DNA of 64,000 nt from Octopus bimaculoides (GCF_001194135.2 NC_068983.1:75549783-75613782), one strand, 5' to 3'; counted from the stretch's first letter, positions 48,957-61,738 are shown. Made by a program: numbers and translations. Notes: a model not told the origin generated them from the sequence alone.

Positions 48957-50003
48957 TTTATACCAATAATAATTGGTACTCTAGGTTTTGTGAGTAAATG
49001 CCTCAGTGACAATCTGGATAAGCTAGGATTTTCAAAAAAGAAACCAACTCACATATTGCAAATACTGTGGAACAGTAAAAATATGCATGACTTTTCTCTA
49101 GAATGTGACTTTGTATTTGTTATCTAGATTCCAATGATGGCACTTTGTACAGGGTGTCCCAGAAAGACCTACCCATGATTAAAACTCTTTGTAAAGAATA
49201 TTGGTTCAGGTAATGCTATCTACATTTTACATAAAGATTTGCACATATCTTTTGTTCATGTGTCTATTGTTTCATTTGTCTATAATAGGTTTGTCAACAA
49301 ACATGGTGTCAGAAGCAAAATGTGATCAGATTGTCACTTTGAAAACAGCTGGAGCAAGCAACAAGGACATAAGAAAAGAGTTGAATGTGTGCTGTAAAAC
49401 AGTGTTTAATATCTGGAAACGATTTATGTAGTCAACTACTACCTCTAGCAAGCCAGTTCCTCGTAGGAAATGATCGAGTCATACCAAACAAATTGCTCAA
49501 GCTGTGAAGAAGCGAATGAACTGAAATCTCAATAGGAGTGCAAGAAAAACTGCAAAAGCTTTTGGTATTTTGGAATTGTCAATGTACAGGATTTTTAAGG
49601 AGCATTTAAAGCTAACTGCATACACGAAACAATCCTGGCAGTTAATTTCAGCATCTTCCAAGAAGAAACAGCTTGACAGGGGTAAAACCATATTAGCTGA
49701 AATGAAGCGTGCTGCTAACAAAGTGTTGATCTGGTGACGAGAAGATCTTCACCATGGAGGCAGTTACCAGCAGAAAGAATGACAGGTTTTATGAATGTAA
49801 TACAGGAGACTTCCATTTACACCATCAGAAGTCGTTTACACCATCATGGTGTGGGCTGCAGTTGTATCTGATAGGTCCAAGCATCCCTTGATGCTGGCAT
49901 CAAGGTCAACAATAAAGTTTATGTGGGTATATCTTTGTTAGAAACCAGTTCTTTCCTCAGAGGAAAATTTTTTTTAATTAAAAACAGAAGAGAACACCTA
50001 CAT
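48953..50003 (+). pseudogene. R4/Dong-like LINE 3' end, split by a transposon at TA 49148-49149
   Basis: FIPIIIGTLGFVSKCLSDNLDKLGFSKK is the C-terminus of a restriction-like endonuclease. 48990-49149 plus 49930-50003 align colinearly with 60030-60255. Confidence 0.85.
49150..49929 (+). pseudogene. maT/DD37D-like (IS630-Tc1-mariner) transposase pseudogene, right part missing
   Basis: Starts TA|CAGGGTGTCCCA. From ATG 49303: MVSEAKCDQIV...HTH-like...RSARKTAKAFG...IW(S)DEKIFT...KNDRFY...MVWAAV...KVNNKVY, with stops and frameshifts. Confidence 0.88.
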
Positions 50004-51649
50004 ATATCTGCATCTGTGTAATTACACATGTGGGTGGAATTAAGTTTGTTGTGGATTCACTGGTAATGTTGTATTGGAAATATAGTTTATGGAGGAGGTA
50101 TCCAGCTGTAAGCATATGCGAATACATGTGGTTTGCATTAGCCAGTGCATATGCTCCAACATATGTGTATACATATCAACATCCATGTGATTCTGTTCAA
50201 GTGTTTGTGAGTTTGTAGTGATGTGTGTGTGTGTGTGTGATTGTTTTCATACAGAAGTATGGGCATAAATAGGGTTTTATGTATATATGCACGTGTTTGT
50301 ATGTGAATATTTGTGCCTGAATATTTGTGTATGTATGTGTGCATATGCTTGTATATATATGTATCCATGTGTGTGTTTATGTAACCTCTTCTATATACAC
50401 ATACAGACGCACACACACACACATTAGTATTAATGTGATTCTATAGATGTGTATGTGTGTGTATGTTCTTGTTTAATACAAGAATATGTATTTGTTTGTA
50501 TACGTCTGCCTTTAAGACGTATACGTGTGCATACGTTTGTGTGTGTGTGTGTGTTTGTGTATGTATGTGTAAGCGTATGCATATTTGTTGATTGCTTTAT
50601 ATTAGTTCACATATCTTCTCTAACCTCTCTCTCTCTCTTTCTGTTCAGCTCAGTTGACTGGGTGGGGAGGTAAGGCAAGAAATATGTTTATATGTGTGTT
50701 TGTATGAGAGGTATTTGGTGTTGGTTGCAGTGAATTGGTGGTGGATTTGTTAGTGGTGATATTGGTGGTGTTGTGATGATAGAAGTGATAATTATAATCT
50801 TGGTGGGGATAGTAGTTGATGCTGATGTTGACAGTGGTGATGATGGTGATAATGATGGCAATGTGATAGTAATGTTAGATGGAGCAGCAATGGGTGGTGG
50901 TGGGAGGAAGTCTTTGATCTGTGAAGATCAAATTAATTTGACAACAAGATTGGGGGATGGCTGAATGATGAGGTTTTGACAAGCTGAAAATCCATAGCAA
51001 CGATCAGAGTCTTCAGAGTGTATGTATGTTTTGTTTGAGGAAGGAAGACAGGAGAAAGAAGAGAAGAAAAGTGAAGAAGGTAAAGGTGATAATGACAATG
51101 ATGGTGGTGGTAGTGGTGGTGGGGAGGAGAAGGAGGAGGAGAAAGAAGAAGAGTTTGTCACTTCTGCTTGACTTTGAAACAAAAGACTCCTAATTACTTC
51201 TTTTTTTTTTTATATTCAGTAGTTGCGAACAAAGAAAAATTAACATAACAGTAATGTAAACATTATGGCTAAAGGTGGGCTAACCTCAGAGGAGTGATCA
51301 GCATACGAAAAGCAAATACAATAGATGATACTATTTGTAATATTAGGAGTTGAAAATCCTCGATTGATGGAAGTTATCTAAGCAATTGAGGATTAAAAAC
51401 TCCTCCTAGAAGTGTTTAAAATCTTAAAAAGAAAAAAAGAGAGTTACCTTCAAAAAGATGAGATGAAAATTTTGGACAATGCAGAATACAATGAAATCTG
51501 ATCTTCAAAGAGAGATAAAGTCTACCCTGATTTTTTGTATGTAATGAGCATGCAAATTCTACTTAGAGTGATTAAGAGTGATCAACACACATGCATGCAC
51601 ACACACACACACATGCGCGCGCGTGTGCACACACACTTACTTACATATA

Positions 51650-52242
51650 GCTCATAGATGAGAATCAGATATTCTCCATACAGAATACACCTAATAGTGC
51701 TCAAGAAGTTTAAACTTGAGCAGGTAGAGGAGTAAATGTAAGGATAAGCAAGTTAGGCAGGTCAATATACAAAGTATATTAAATACATGAAATACAAAAA
51801 ATATGTATGTAGGTTTACACACAAAAAAGGTTTGACTTATACAAAATAGAAATGATATCGAACGTTAAAGGTGCTGAAGAAAAGTATTACAAATCCAACA
51901 GCTGTTTCTGGGGACTTGGTGGTCCAAAATAATGTTTGTAGATTGATTCCATAGTTGGATAAGACGAGCCTCCATCTTCAGGGAAGAGGTCTTACATATG
52001 AAGTGTTGACAGAAAGAAGATAAAAGATGGACTCTTTCCATCCTTATTTTGGACCACAGAATCCCCAGAAACAACTGTTGGATTTGTAATACTTTTCTTC
52101 AACCCCTTTAATTCTTGTTATCATTCCTATTCTGTGTAAGTCAGACCTATTTTGTATGTAAACATAAATACATTTTTTATATTTCATGTATTTAATATAC
52201 TTTGTATATTGACCTCCATAACTTGCTTATCCTTACATTTAC
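51650..52242. mobile_element. Penelope-like inverted pLTR pair (arms 51732-51932 and 52044-52242) with hammerhead core at 51894-51985(-)
   Basis: ~200-bp arms are clearly reverse-complementary with scattered mismatches; homologous to 58650-59400. Confidence 0.75.
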
Positions 52243-52249
52243 ATACCTC

Positions 52250-52295
52250 AATGGCTGAAGACTAGCCACATGCTTGAAACTCAGAGTCTGAATCA
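52250..52295 (+). ncRNA. Hammerhead-like core of a second PLE type
   Basis: CTGAAGA(52255-61)-CT-AGC-CACAT-GCT-T-GAA-ACTCAGAGT-C: GUC triplet and near-palindromic stem III; stem I not evident. Confidence 0.4.
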
Positions 52296-52432
52296 AACTG
52301 TTTTGATCTATACATGTAACTCCCAATAAATGNNNNNNNNNNNNNNNNNNNNNNNNNNNNNNNNNNNNNNNNNNNNNNNNNNNNNNNNNNNNNNNNNNNN
52401 NNNNNNNNNNNNNNNNNNNNNNNNNNNNNNNN

Positions 52433-52945
52433 TCATCAGCATAGAGGAGCTCCCAGGGGCATCCCGTCTTGAATTCCTCTGTGATCGCCTGAAGGACCAT
52501 GATAAATAGGAGGGGGCTGAGGACAGAACCTTGGTGGACCCCTACCTCTACCCGGAATTCATTACTGTACTCATTTCCAACCCTCACCTTACTGACAGCA
52601 TCTCTGTACATGGCTCGCACAGCTCTAACTAACCATTCTTCTATCCCAAGTTTCCTCATTGACCACCAGATAAGGGATCGGGGGACCCTGTCAAAGGCTT
52701 TCTCCATGTCAATGAAAGCTAGGTACAGAGGTTTATCCTTGACTAGGTATTTCTCCTGCAGCTGTCTCACTAGAAATATGGCATCAGTGGTGCTTTTACC
52801 TGGCATGAACCCAAACTGCATCTCATCTAAATTGATTCGCTCCCTAATTAGTTGGGCTATGACCCTCTCTGTAACTTTCATAACCTGATCTAACAGCTTG
52901 ATGCCTCTGTAATTATTTGTATTCTAACAGCTTGATGCCGCTGTA
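52433..52945 (-). pseudogene. RTE-clade LINE RT fragment, open frame up to the gap
   Basis: MKVTERVIAQLIRERINLDEMQFGFMPGKSTTDAIF...AFIDMEKAFDRVP...GVHQGSVLSPLLF...WELLYAD; same family as 22170-23492. Confidence 0.97.
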
Positions 52946-53575
52946 TATTTATACACATATATATACATATTAAATTTTGAATTAAAAACAACTTTAATAA
53001 TGTAAACATTATTGGTCCCATATAAATAGTGAATGTTTTTTGTTTATATGACAAATTTGCTGCAGTATAGCATCCAGGGAAAGCTCCCTACATGATGCCA
53101 AGTGTTGAGAAGTGCTCTAGACATGCTAGACAACTCATCCCAAAGTGACTGAAAGTGATAGATATCGATGTTTCGCTAATATTTATAGCTTCTCAGTAGC
53201 ATTTACTAGATTCTCCTTGAAATGAATTGAATCACTGGTCTGGGACACATACGCAAATAGTGTGAAGTCTATTTGTTGATGTGCTGTGGCATAGCACATA
53301 TGAAACAAAATTAAATTTCGATTTAAAAGCAGCTCTAGTTATGGAAACAATATCAGTCACACACACACACACACAGTCACATACAAATTTAATTGGGGGA
53401 ACGGAGTGATGCTGATTATAACTATTACTGTAGTTGAGAGGATATGCCTTAGATGGTCATTCTATATACTAAACATAACTACAGTAAGGTCCAACATATG
53501 TCGAAACACTTCCATCAAATGAGACTATCCAAGCAACTTTTTGTAGCTAAAACTCCTTTTAGAGCTGTTTAAAAT

Positions 53576-53766
53576 CTAAAAACAACAATCAAGGGAGAGA
53601 ATTCCGGTAAGATCAGTTGATTGTAAGTCTCCTGCAACATCAGCAACAGAATTTGGAGTTATCTGGTCTTTAAAGTTAACATGGGAATGCAATCCTACTA
53701 TAATTGTAACAAATAACCTTAATAGCAAAGCTTCTAAAGCCAAATCTTCCTCAAGATAAAATTCCA
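53576..53766 (-). CDS. Candidate terminal exon EFYLEEDLALEALLLRLFVTIIVGLHSHVNFKDQITPNSVADVAGDLQSTDLTGILSLDCCF*
   Basis: Acceptor tccttccttgtttaaaacag|, about 63 open codons in unique AT-rich sequence; no recognised homology. Confidence 0.2.
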
Positions 53767-54574
53767 CTGTTTTAAACAAGGAAGGACACACCAGATAATG
53801 TTGACCTAGATACTTCTGAAAAGGTTATTACTAGAATGCTTTTGATCATTAAGTATTTTCAAGTTTGTCTTGGGCTAAACAAAACAGCCTTAGGTCAGCC
53901 TTAATTGAGTAAGCCTTTGACCAAAGGTATTTCAGCTGCAATCATCTTTTCAGACATGGCTTATTTTAGACTAAGATAATAGCTTGTGATTTAAGAGAGA
54001 TTTTGCTGCTACTTCAAGCTGTTCAAGGCTCCCTCATTGTCTATATTTTAGTTTATTTTATATTGTAAATAATATAATGCAAGCAAGTGCTTATATTGTG
54101 TATGATTTGGAATGCAATGCCTCCACAAGTACATCATTTGGCCACTGCTTGTTACCAAACAGTTGTTTGATCCACTATGGCTTAAAGACATAAAGCAGCC
54201 CTTACTTGATTAAACCACCTCCAGTATTTCCCTTCCTTGCATCATCAGATCAATAAATGACCTCTGGTGACTAGCTTACTGCAATAAATCTAACAGGTAA
54301 TTTTCATAGGTAAAAACAAAGATGGTTTCTCATTGCATTTCTTCTGTTATTTTATATAAGCTGCACTTCTTGTTGGCTAGATACAAACAAATTCTCCACA
54401 GATGCCTGTGGATTTTGTCCAGTACTCTAACATTTCTTACAATCCAATGCCATGGCCTGGGACTTTATTTTATTGACCCTCACCCCACCCAAAAGATGAA
54501 AAGCAAAGTTGACATTGGTATGATTCAAACTTAAAGCACAAAGAACTGGAACAAATATTATACAAAATTTTATC

Positions 54575-54623
54575 ATTTTGATAATCCACTGCTTTTAATG
54601 ATTTTGATAATCCACTGCTTTTA
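54575..54623. repeat. 26-bp tandem duplication
   Basis: ATTTTGATAATCCACTGCTTTTA x2. Confidence 0.85.
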
Positions 54624-56029
54624 GCACTCTACTGATATCTATATTAATGACTCTGGATCAATGTAAAGTAAAATTGATCTTTGCAGGATTTGAACTCAAA
54701 ATGTGCAGAACTATAACTAAATACCACACATAGTATTTCGTTCTGCACCCAACTGATTCTTCTGCTCATGCATTACTCCCAGTATACCTGTAATTCAAAA
54801 CAACCTATTTTGTTACACACAAATATTATGTAAGTAATTTAATCAGGTGTTATATACTTAATGCTAACTTGATAAAAATAGCTTTCATCTGAAATCAATT
54901 TATTGCAGTGTGTTAAGAGTGGAGCTACAAGAATAATGATGTTTTAAGAAGACCACATGCAGACCAGTAGCACAACAAAGCCTCTTTCTAATGCTTGCAT
55001 GGGCGTGGTAATGAGGAAAAGCTCTAAATTAATCTTTAGTATTATTCTTATTGCAATAACACGAGGCATTGGTGCAAGACATTATGTTCTCACGTAATGT
55101 ATTGACTACCTTGCTCACTTATTTTTTGCTAATGTATTTAGAATGAAATGCAATAATTTTCTTTCAAATAAGAAATATATGAAAATATACTAAAAAAAAT
55201 CTTTAATGATATTGTGGCAAACTAGTCAACTGGTTGTTCTTGTGAAGACTCTAGTTAGTTCTGATCAAGCAGACTTATCCTGTGTAGGTTGTCAGCTGAA
55301 GGATGAAGTGTGGTATGCAGTTTGATTGTTCCAGATTATACTATACCTAGTCTAGCTGAGTTGCATCCTGCACACTGCCATGTGTGGTAATAATCATATG
55401 GATTATTTGGTGTTAGGAAGGACATCTAGCCATAGAAACCATACCAAATTAGACACTAGAGCTTGGCATAGCCCTATGGCTTGCCAGATCCCGTCAAACA
55501 GTTCAATCCATGCATGGAAAATGGACATAAGATGAGAATAATGATGACAATGATGATGATGGTGGAGGAACTGTGGCAGTGTCACAGATTGGGTATGTTG
55601 TACTCCTTGACTTTTGGAGGATTTGAACTCATACTGCAAAGAGAGGGAACTAATATTACAAGGCATTTGTTTTCTGGTGCTCTGACACATTTTTAGATTA
55701 TTGGCCCTGAGTCAATCGGGGTACCTGTGAGAGACCTTCTTCCAGAGGCAATGACATGCTAAATAACCCATAGCTGGGACCTTGACAGGTGCTACTTCTT
55801 TCGGTCAGAGTAGACCTGGGAACAATAGGGGCTAAGAGGTGGTTCCACACTCCTGAAAACTCTGAAACTCTTGGACTAAGGCTCCACAACTGGATGTCAT
55901 TTAGAGTCATACTCAGGGCATATTTTGAGTACCCACCCTGCAATACAACTTCTAAGACTTCTTCCCACATTCTAACTTCCATTTCATTGCCTTGTGGCCC
56001 GTAAATAGCACCATTTCAGCATAATCATT

Positions 56030-56372
56030 ACCAGCGTTGCCTTCTAGCACTTGTGCTGGTGGCATGTTAGAAAATCATTCGAGCGAGGTCGTTGCCAATG
56101 CCGCTGGACTGGCTCCCATGCAGATGGCACGTAAAAAACACCTTTTTGAGCGTGGCCGTTGCCAGTACCATGTGACTGGCCCTCGTGCTGGTGGCACATA
56201 AAAGCACCCACTACACTCTCGGAGTGGTTGGTGTAAGGAAGGGCATCCAGCTGTAGAAACTATGCCAGATCAGATTAGAGCCTGGTGCAGCCTTCTGGCT
56301 TGCCAGTCCTCAGTCAAATCGTCCAACCCATGCTAGCATGGAAAGCGGACATTAAACGATGACGATGATGAA
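56030..56372 (+). mobile_element. RTE 3' end (family B)
   Basis: Hairpin subunits, conserved UTR and gacgatgatg tail. Confidence 0.88.
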
Positions 56373-56744
56373 TCAGAAGCCAGTTGACATTTAATTTTTT
56401 TTATCAGTAAGGCACCATAGAAATCAAAATGTCCACCCATATTGCTTGTCAAAGTGACTTCCATATGAAATTAATCATATAATTCATCACTTAATGTCTT
56501 TGTTAGCAATATAATAAAATGTACCAACTGTGTATTCTAGTTAAATTTCAAAATAATGAAGAATTCAGAGAAATTTAAAAAAATAAATAATGTTTTCCAA
56601 TAAAGAACTGGTGTTTGGAACATAACTTATAATAAAGGGTTTTTTTGATAAAATAATGATGGACGGTTATTATTTAAATAAAAGTTATAAACGCTACTTT
56701 TTGTACTCAGTATTTTTTCATATACATGCTCACTCACAAATGCA

Positions 56745-57320
56745 CACAACCAATATCTGGCTGGTTGTATTTTAACTTGGTAGCTGTTTTAATTTTTAAG
56801 TTCCACCAATATTTGATCCATCAGTCACAATATGTTCAGCATCTTCTGTTGGTGTTTTCTTTTTTGTTATCCTATTTTAGACTGTTCTGACCAGCACATC
56901 ATGCCTCATGGGAAAAAAATAGCCGGAAGACATTATCTATCAGTTGGCAATAATGTGGTTGATGTCTTCTGTCTTGTTCTTGCACAGCCCACATTTGTTG
57001 TCTGTCAACGTTTTCTGTCTTTTGTGCTGTAGATACTTGGTGGGGATCTCTTCTTGAATTGCATGGAGGTAGCCTTTGAAGTGGATTGTCATAAACATGT
57101 TGGTACGCCATGCCAAGTCTTTGACATGATCAATCCCTTCTATGGTTTTTGCTTTTTATATGCTAAGTACCCACGTACTATATTCTCAGTGAACTAGCCC
57201 ATTTTTTTTTCTGTTCTTCTGATAAAAAGATTTTACCAATGCTCCTTGGACAGAGATCTTTATCAGTTCTTATTTCATACTTCCTCTCAAGCTCATTAGC
57301 TATCTAAATAGTTGAGCCAC
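56745..57320 (-). pseudogene. R4/Dong-like LINE fragment: CCHC zinc knuckle and start of the endonuclease
   Basis: GYLHAIQEEIPTKYL...TDNKCGLCKNKTEDINHIIA...MRHD...YWWNLKIKTATKLKYNQPDI. Confidence 0.85.
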
Positions 57321-57381
57321 AGAATGTATGTATGTATGTGCATATACACACACACATATGTATGTAAACACACACACACGT

Positions 57382-57422
<41 letters not shown>

Positions 57423-57965
57423 ATCTCTGGAGGGCCATTACATTAATAGCACAAAATTGAAACCTTTTGAAAAAAAATTATGTATTTTCATTTTAAAAAA
57501 TCTGTATTATGCAAAACAAACTGTGACCTCACTGATAAAACTATGTTTCAAAACATCAAATATAACAAAGATTAGAAAAACACTGGAAATCTTAAAAGAA
57601 TTTAAGTAATTTAATATTTTCCACATATGTTGTAAGTTTATTGCTAAAGACAAACAATTTCATTGGCACTATTAAAGTGTCCATACATATAATTTGACCT
57701 TTTGAGAAAAAAGGAAACATTATGAAACTAGTTTAATTAAATAACTTCAATACTTTCAGTTTTTCATAATGTTTCTAATGGTGGTGTTTTTTTCTTGTTA
57801 TTGTGATGGTGTGCTTACATTTTCTCTCTTTATTCCACTCTTGCCTCTCTCTCTTATATTTGAATATAAATTTGTGGTTGTATATACACATACATAGATA
57901 TACATACATATTATATGTATGCACACATGCACACACATATACATGCACACAAATGTATACATTTC

Positions 57966-58100
<135 letters not shown>

Positions 58101-58189
58101 ATGAATGCACATACATGCGCTCACACATAAATGCACACAGACATATATATACACATGTATACGCATGTATATGCATTATATACATATAT

Positions 58190-58345
58190 GGTTATGTGTT
58201 TCAGAAGTTTGCTTCCCAGCCATGTGGTTTAGGTTCAGTCCCATTGCAAAGCACCTTGGCCAAGTGTCTTCTATATCTCCAGGTTGACCAAAGCTTTATG
58301 AGTGGATTTGATATTTAGAAGCTGAAAGAAGCCTATCATATATGT
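58190..58345 (+). mobile_element. SINE A 5' half
   Basis: cagaagtttgcttcccagccatgtggtttaggttcagtccc...gctgaaagaagcc. Confidence 0.75.
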
Positions 58346-58649
58346 ACATGTGTGTGTGGGTGAGAGAAAAAGAGAGAGAGAGAGAGAGAGTGTCTTCATA
58401 TTTTGAGATGATATGTTGGTTGCAAATGAGCATTCCTTTCATACAAATGGTGTTTGTTTCCAATCTTCTATGAAAAACTTGTTTGGTATTTGGAAATAGA
58501 AAAGACATCCAACTGTAAAAAATTCTGCCTCAACAAATCCCATCTGACCATGAACTTTACCATGGTAAAGCAAACATTAAAATGATAATGATACATACAT
58601 ACACACTTACATATATACATGACACACATACACACACACACACACATCC

Positions 58650-59400
58650 ATCTTTCAACTTCTTTCTGTTAACACTTCAAATGTAAGATCCTTTCCCTGA
58701 AGACGGAGGCCTCGGCTCATCCGACAATGGAATCAATCTACAAACATTATTTTGGACCACTGAATTCTCAGAAACAGCTGTTGGATATGTAATACTTTTC
58801 TTCAACCCCTTTAATTCTTCATATCATTTCTACTTTTGTATGTAATCATATATACTTTTTTGAATTTAATGTATTTAATGTTGTTGTTGGCACTCCGTTG
58901 CTTACGACGTCGAGGGTTCCATGGAACAGCCTGCTCGTGAAATTAACGTGCAAGTGGCTGAGCACTCCACAGACACGTGTACCCTTAACATAGTTCTTGG
59001 GGATATTGAGCATGACACAGTGTGACAAGGCTGACCCTTTGAATTACAGGCACAATAGAAACAGGAAGTTAGAGTGAGAGAAAGTTGTGGTGGAAGAGTA
59101 CAGCAGGGTTCGCCACCATCCCCTGCCGGAGCCTCGTGGAGCTTTATGTGTTTTCGCTCAATAAGCACTCACAATGCCCGGTCTGGGAATTGAAACCTCG
59201 ATCCTATGACCGCAAGTCCGCTGCCCTAACCACTGGGCCATTTTGCCTCCACTGTATTTAATATACTTTGTATATTGGCCTGCTTAACTTGCTTATCCTT
59301 ACATTTACTTCTCTACCCGCTCAAGTTTAAACCTGTTGAGCACTACTAAGTGTATTCTATATGGAGAATACCTGATTCTCTTCTATGAACTACATAAATA
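58650..59400 (+). mobile_element. Penelope-like pLTR with hammerhead core (58693-58786), interrupted by SINE D
   Basis: TTCC-CTGAAGA...GAA-ACAGCTGT-T-GGAT; both flanks of the SINE align with 51650-52030. Confidence 0.75.
58880..59252 (-). mobile_element. Full-length SINE family D with 10-bp TSD
   Basis: TSD TGTATTTAAT at 58870-58879 and 59253-59262; aligns with 32311-32683. Confidence 0.92.
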
Positions 59401-59429
59401 CATACATACACACACCCATAGGAATAGGA

Positions 59430-59748
59430 GCACTCTGTCAGTTATGACGATGAGGGTCCCAGCTGATATGATCAATGGAACAGCTTGCACATGAAATTAA
59501 TGTGCAAGTGACTGAGCAATCTACAGACACGTGTACCCCTAACGTAGTATTCAGGGAGATTCAGAGTGACACAGAGTGTGACAAGGCCGGCTCTTTGAAA
59601 TACAGGTACAACTCATTTTTGCCAGGTGAGTGGACTGGAGCAATGTGAAATAAAGTGTCTTGTTCAAGGGCACAACATGTCGCCGGGAATTGAACTCACA
59701 ACCTTAAAGTCGTGAGCTGAATGCCCTAACCACTAAGCCACGTGCCTT
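59430..59748 (-). mobile_element. SINE family D2 (CORE-like head shared with E/F, 3' ~170 bp shared with D)
   Basis: Head gtggcttagtggttagggcattc...gagttcaattccc; tail ...cacgtgtctgt...gcacattaatttca... aligns with family D. Confidence 0.85.
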
Positions 59749-59771
59749 CACAACACACACCCATACATACA

Positions 59772-60255
59772 TGGAACATTCCCATAAAAACATCTGTGAA
59801 ATGTAAATATAACAGGTCGAATATTGTTGTTTGGGACAGACATGAAAAAGTGTTTGTAACTCATAGAGGTCACTGGTCCTGTTGCTGTAGATACCTCTTT
59901 GAAAATCAAAGAGAAAGAAGGTAACTATTGATAACTGCTTTGAGACCTCCAGCTTCTAAATAATATTTTCACATTTATTCCACCAATAATTAGTACACTT
60001 GATTTTGGGAGTAAATGTGATAAAAAGCAACAATCTGGATAAGTTAGGGTTTCCAGAAAAAGAAATCAACGTGGTAACTCACACATTACAAATACAGTCT
60101 GTAAGTGGAACACTAAAAATATGCGAAACTTTTCTCAAGTTTGAAATGTGACATCGTTTTTGTTATCTACATAACAATGATAGAGCTTTGTATCTTTGTT
60201 AGAAATCAGCACCTTCCTCAGAGGAAGAATATAAATAACTAAAAACAGATAAGAA
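59772..60255 (+). pseudogene. R4/Dong-like LINE 3' fragment: restriction-like endonuclease and 3' UTR
   Basis: KTSVKCKYNRSNIVVWD...LIEVTGPV..D...KIKEKEGNY...NLDKLGFPEKEINVVTHTLQIQSVSGTLKICETF... Confidence 0.85.
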
Positions 60256-60537
60256 CATACATACAAATATACAGATATATATTTTCACTAGATACACTCT
60301 GTGCATTTTCCTTCTTCTCATATGTTTCATTACAACTCACCATGTGGGGGGAAATCTTTCACTTTCTCTATAGTTTTCACTTCACACACACACACCATAC
60401 ACACACATTCTATTGGTCGCTTTTGCTGAACCACTAAGTTACAGGGATGTAAACACACTAGCATTGGTTGTCAAGCAATGGTGGGGGGACAGACACACAA
60501 ATACACACATACATATATATATAACTATATATATATA

Positions 60538-60584
<47 letters not shown>

Positions 60585-61644
60585 AAAAAAAAAGTCATCA
60601 TAAGTTTGGAAAAAACTTCTTTCATTTATTTTATACTTTCATTTCCATGTTAACGCTTTTGCTCGTCTTTCGAACTTGTCAAATATAATTCTGTGAAATA
60701 ACAGAAATCTTGCTTATTTATATAAAACATGTTTTTGGGGGATTTTGTTTATAAGAGAACATTGTTTTTGTTTTGTTNNNNNNNNNNCATTGTTTTTGTT
60801 TTGTTTTTTTGGATGAGGCTTTGGAGACAATGGAAGATGAATAAGCAGATAGATAGACAGACAGACAGACAGATAGATAGATAGATAGATAGACAGATAG
60901 ATTGATAGTCAGACAGATAGAAAGTTGGGTAGGGTAAAAGAGAGAGAGAAGGGCTATTCATTTTCCTTTCCACCACTTTCATTGTATTGAAATGGTCTTT
61001 TTAAGGACTGTCCAAAAAAAAGTAAATAAATAAAGGTAAAAACTTGTTTATTACTTACACCATTGTTTTCAGATGGTTTCTAGGGATGGTAAGAAAAGGA
61101 AGAAAAGAAAAGAAAAAAGAAAGAAGAAAGAAGAAAAAATAAAGAATAAGAAATAGAAAATATAAATAAAATATAAAAAATGTTTTCCTGTCTTTTCTGT
61201 TTTAGTCCTTTCTTTTTATACTCTTTGAGTCATATTCAGAATATATTTCTGTTATACATTTATTTATTTGTTTTTGGTAAGGTGTAGTTCTGCATGAGAA
61301 TACATTAGTATGATATTTGTAAATTTGAAAAATCAATTAGTAAAAATAACTATATATATCATATCATACCCACACACATATATACATATACATACATACA
61401 AAACGTACTCTTTGCTTTTCTTTTTTCTCTTTCAAAAATTTAACTTTGGAGAAAATCTTTTTATGAAGAGTAATTCCATTGCCTTTTGGTATTATGGATT
61501 GTCCCGTGTACATTTGTAACATGGAAAGATTTTGAACTTTCCGTCTCCGCATATTTCTAGATGTTTACTCAATGGAATCATTGTTAGAACTAAGAATGAT
61601 TCCATATATGCATATATATATCTATCTATTTATGTATATATATA

Positions 61645-61680
<36 letters not shown>

Positions 61681-61690
61681 NNNNNNNNNN

Positions 61691-61738
<48 letters not shown>

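Noticed and set aside
54225-54250. CTGATGA...GAAA on the minus strand
   Set aside because: The intervening bases cannot form stem II.
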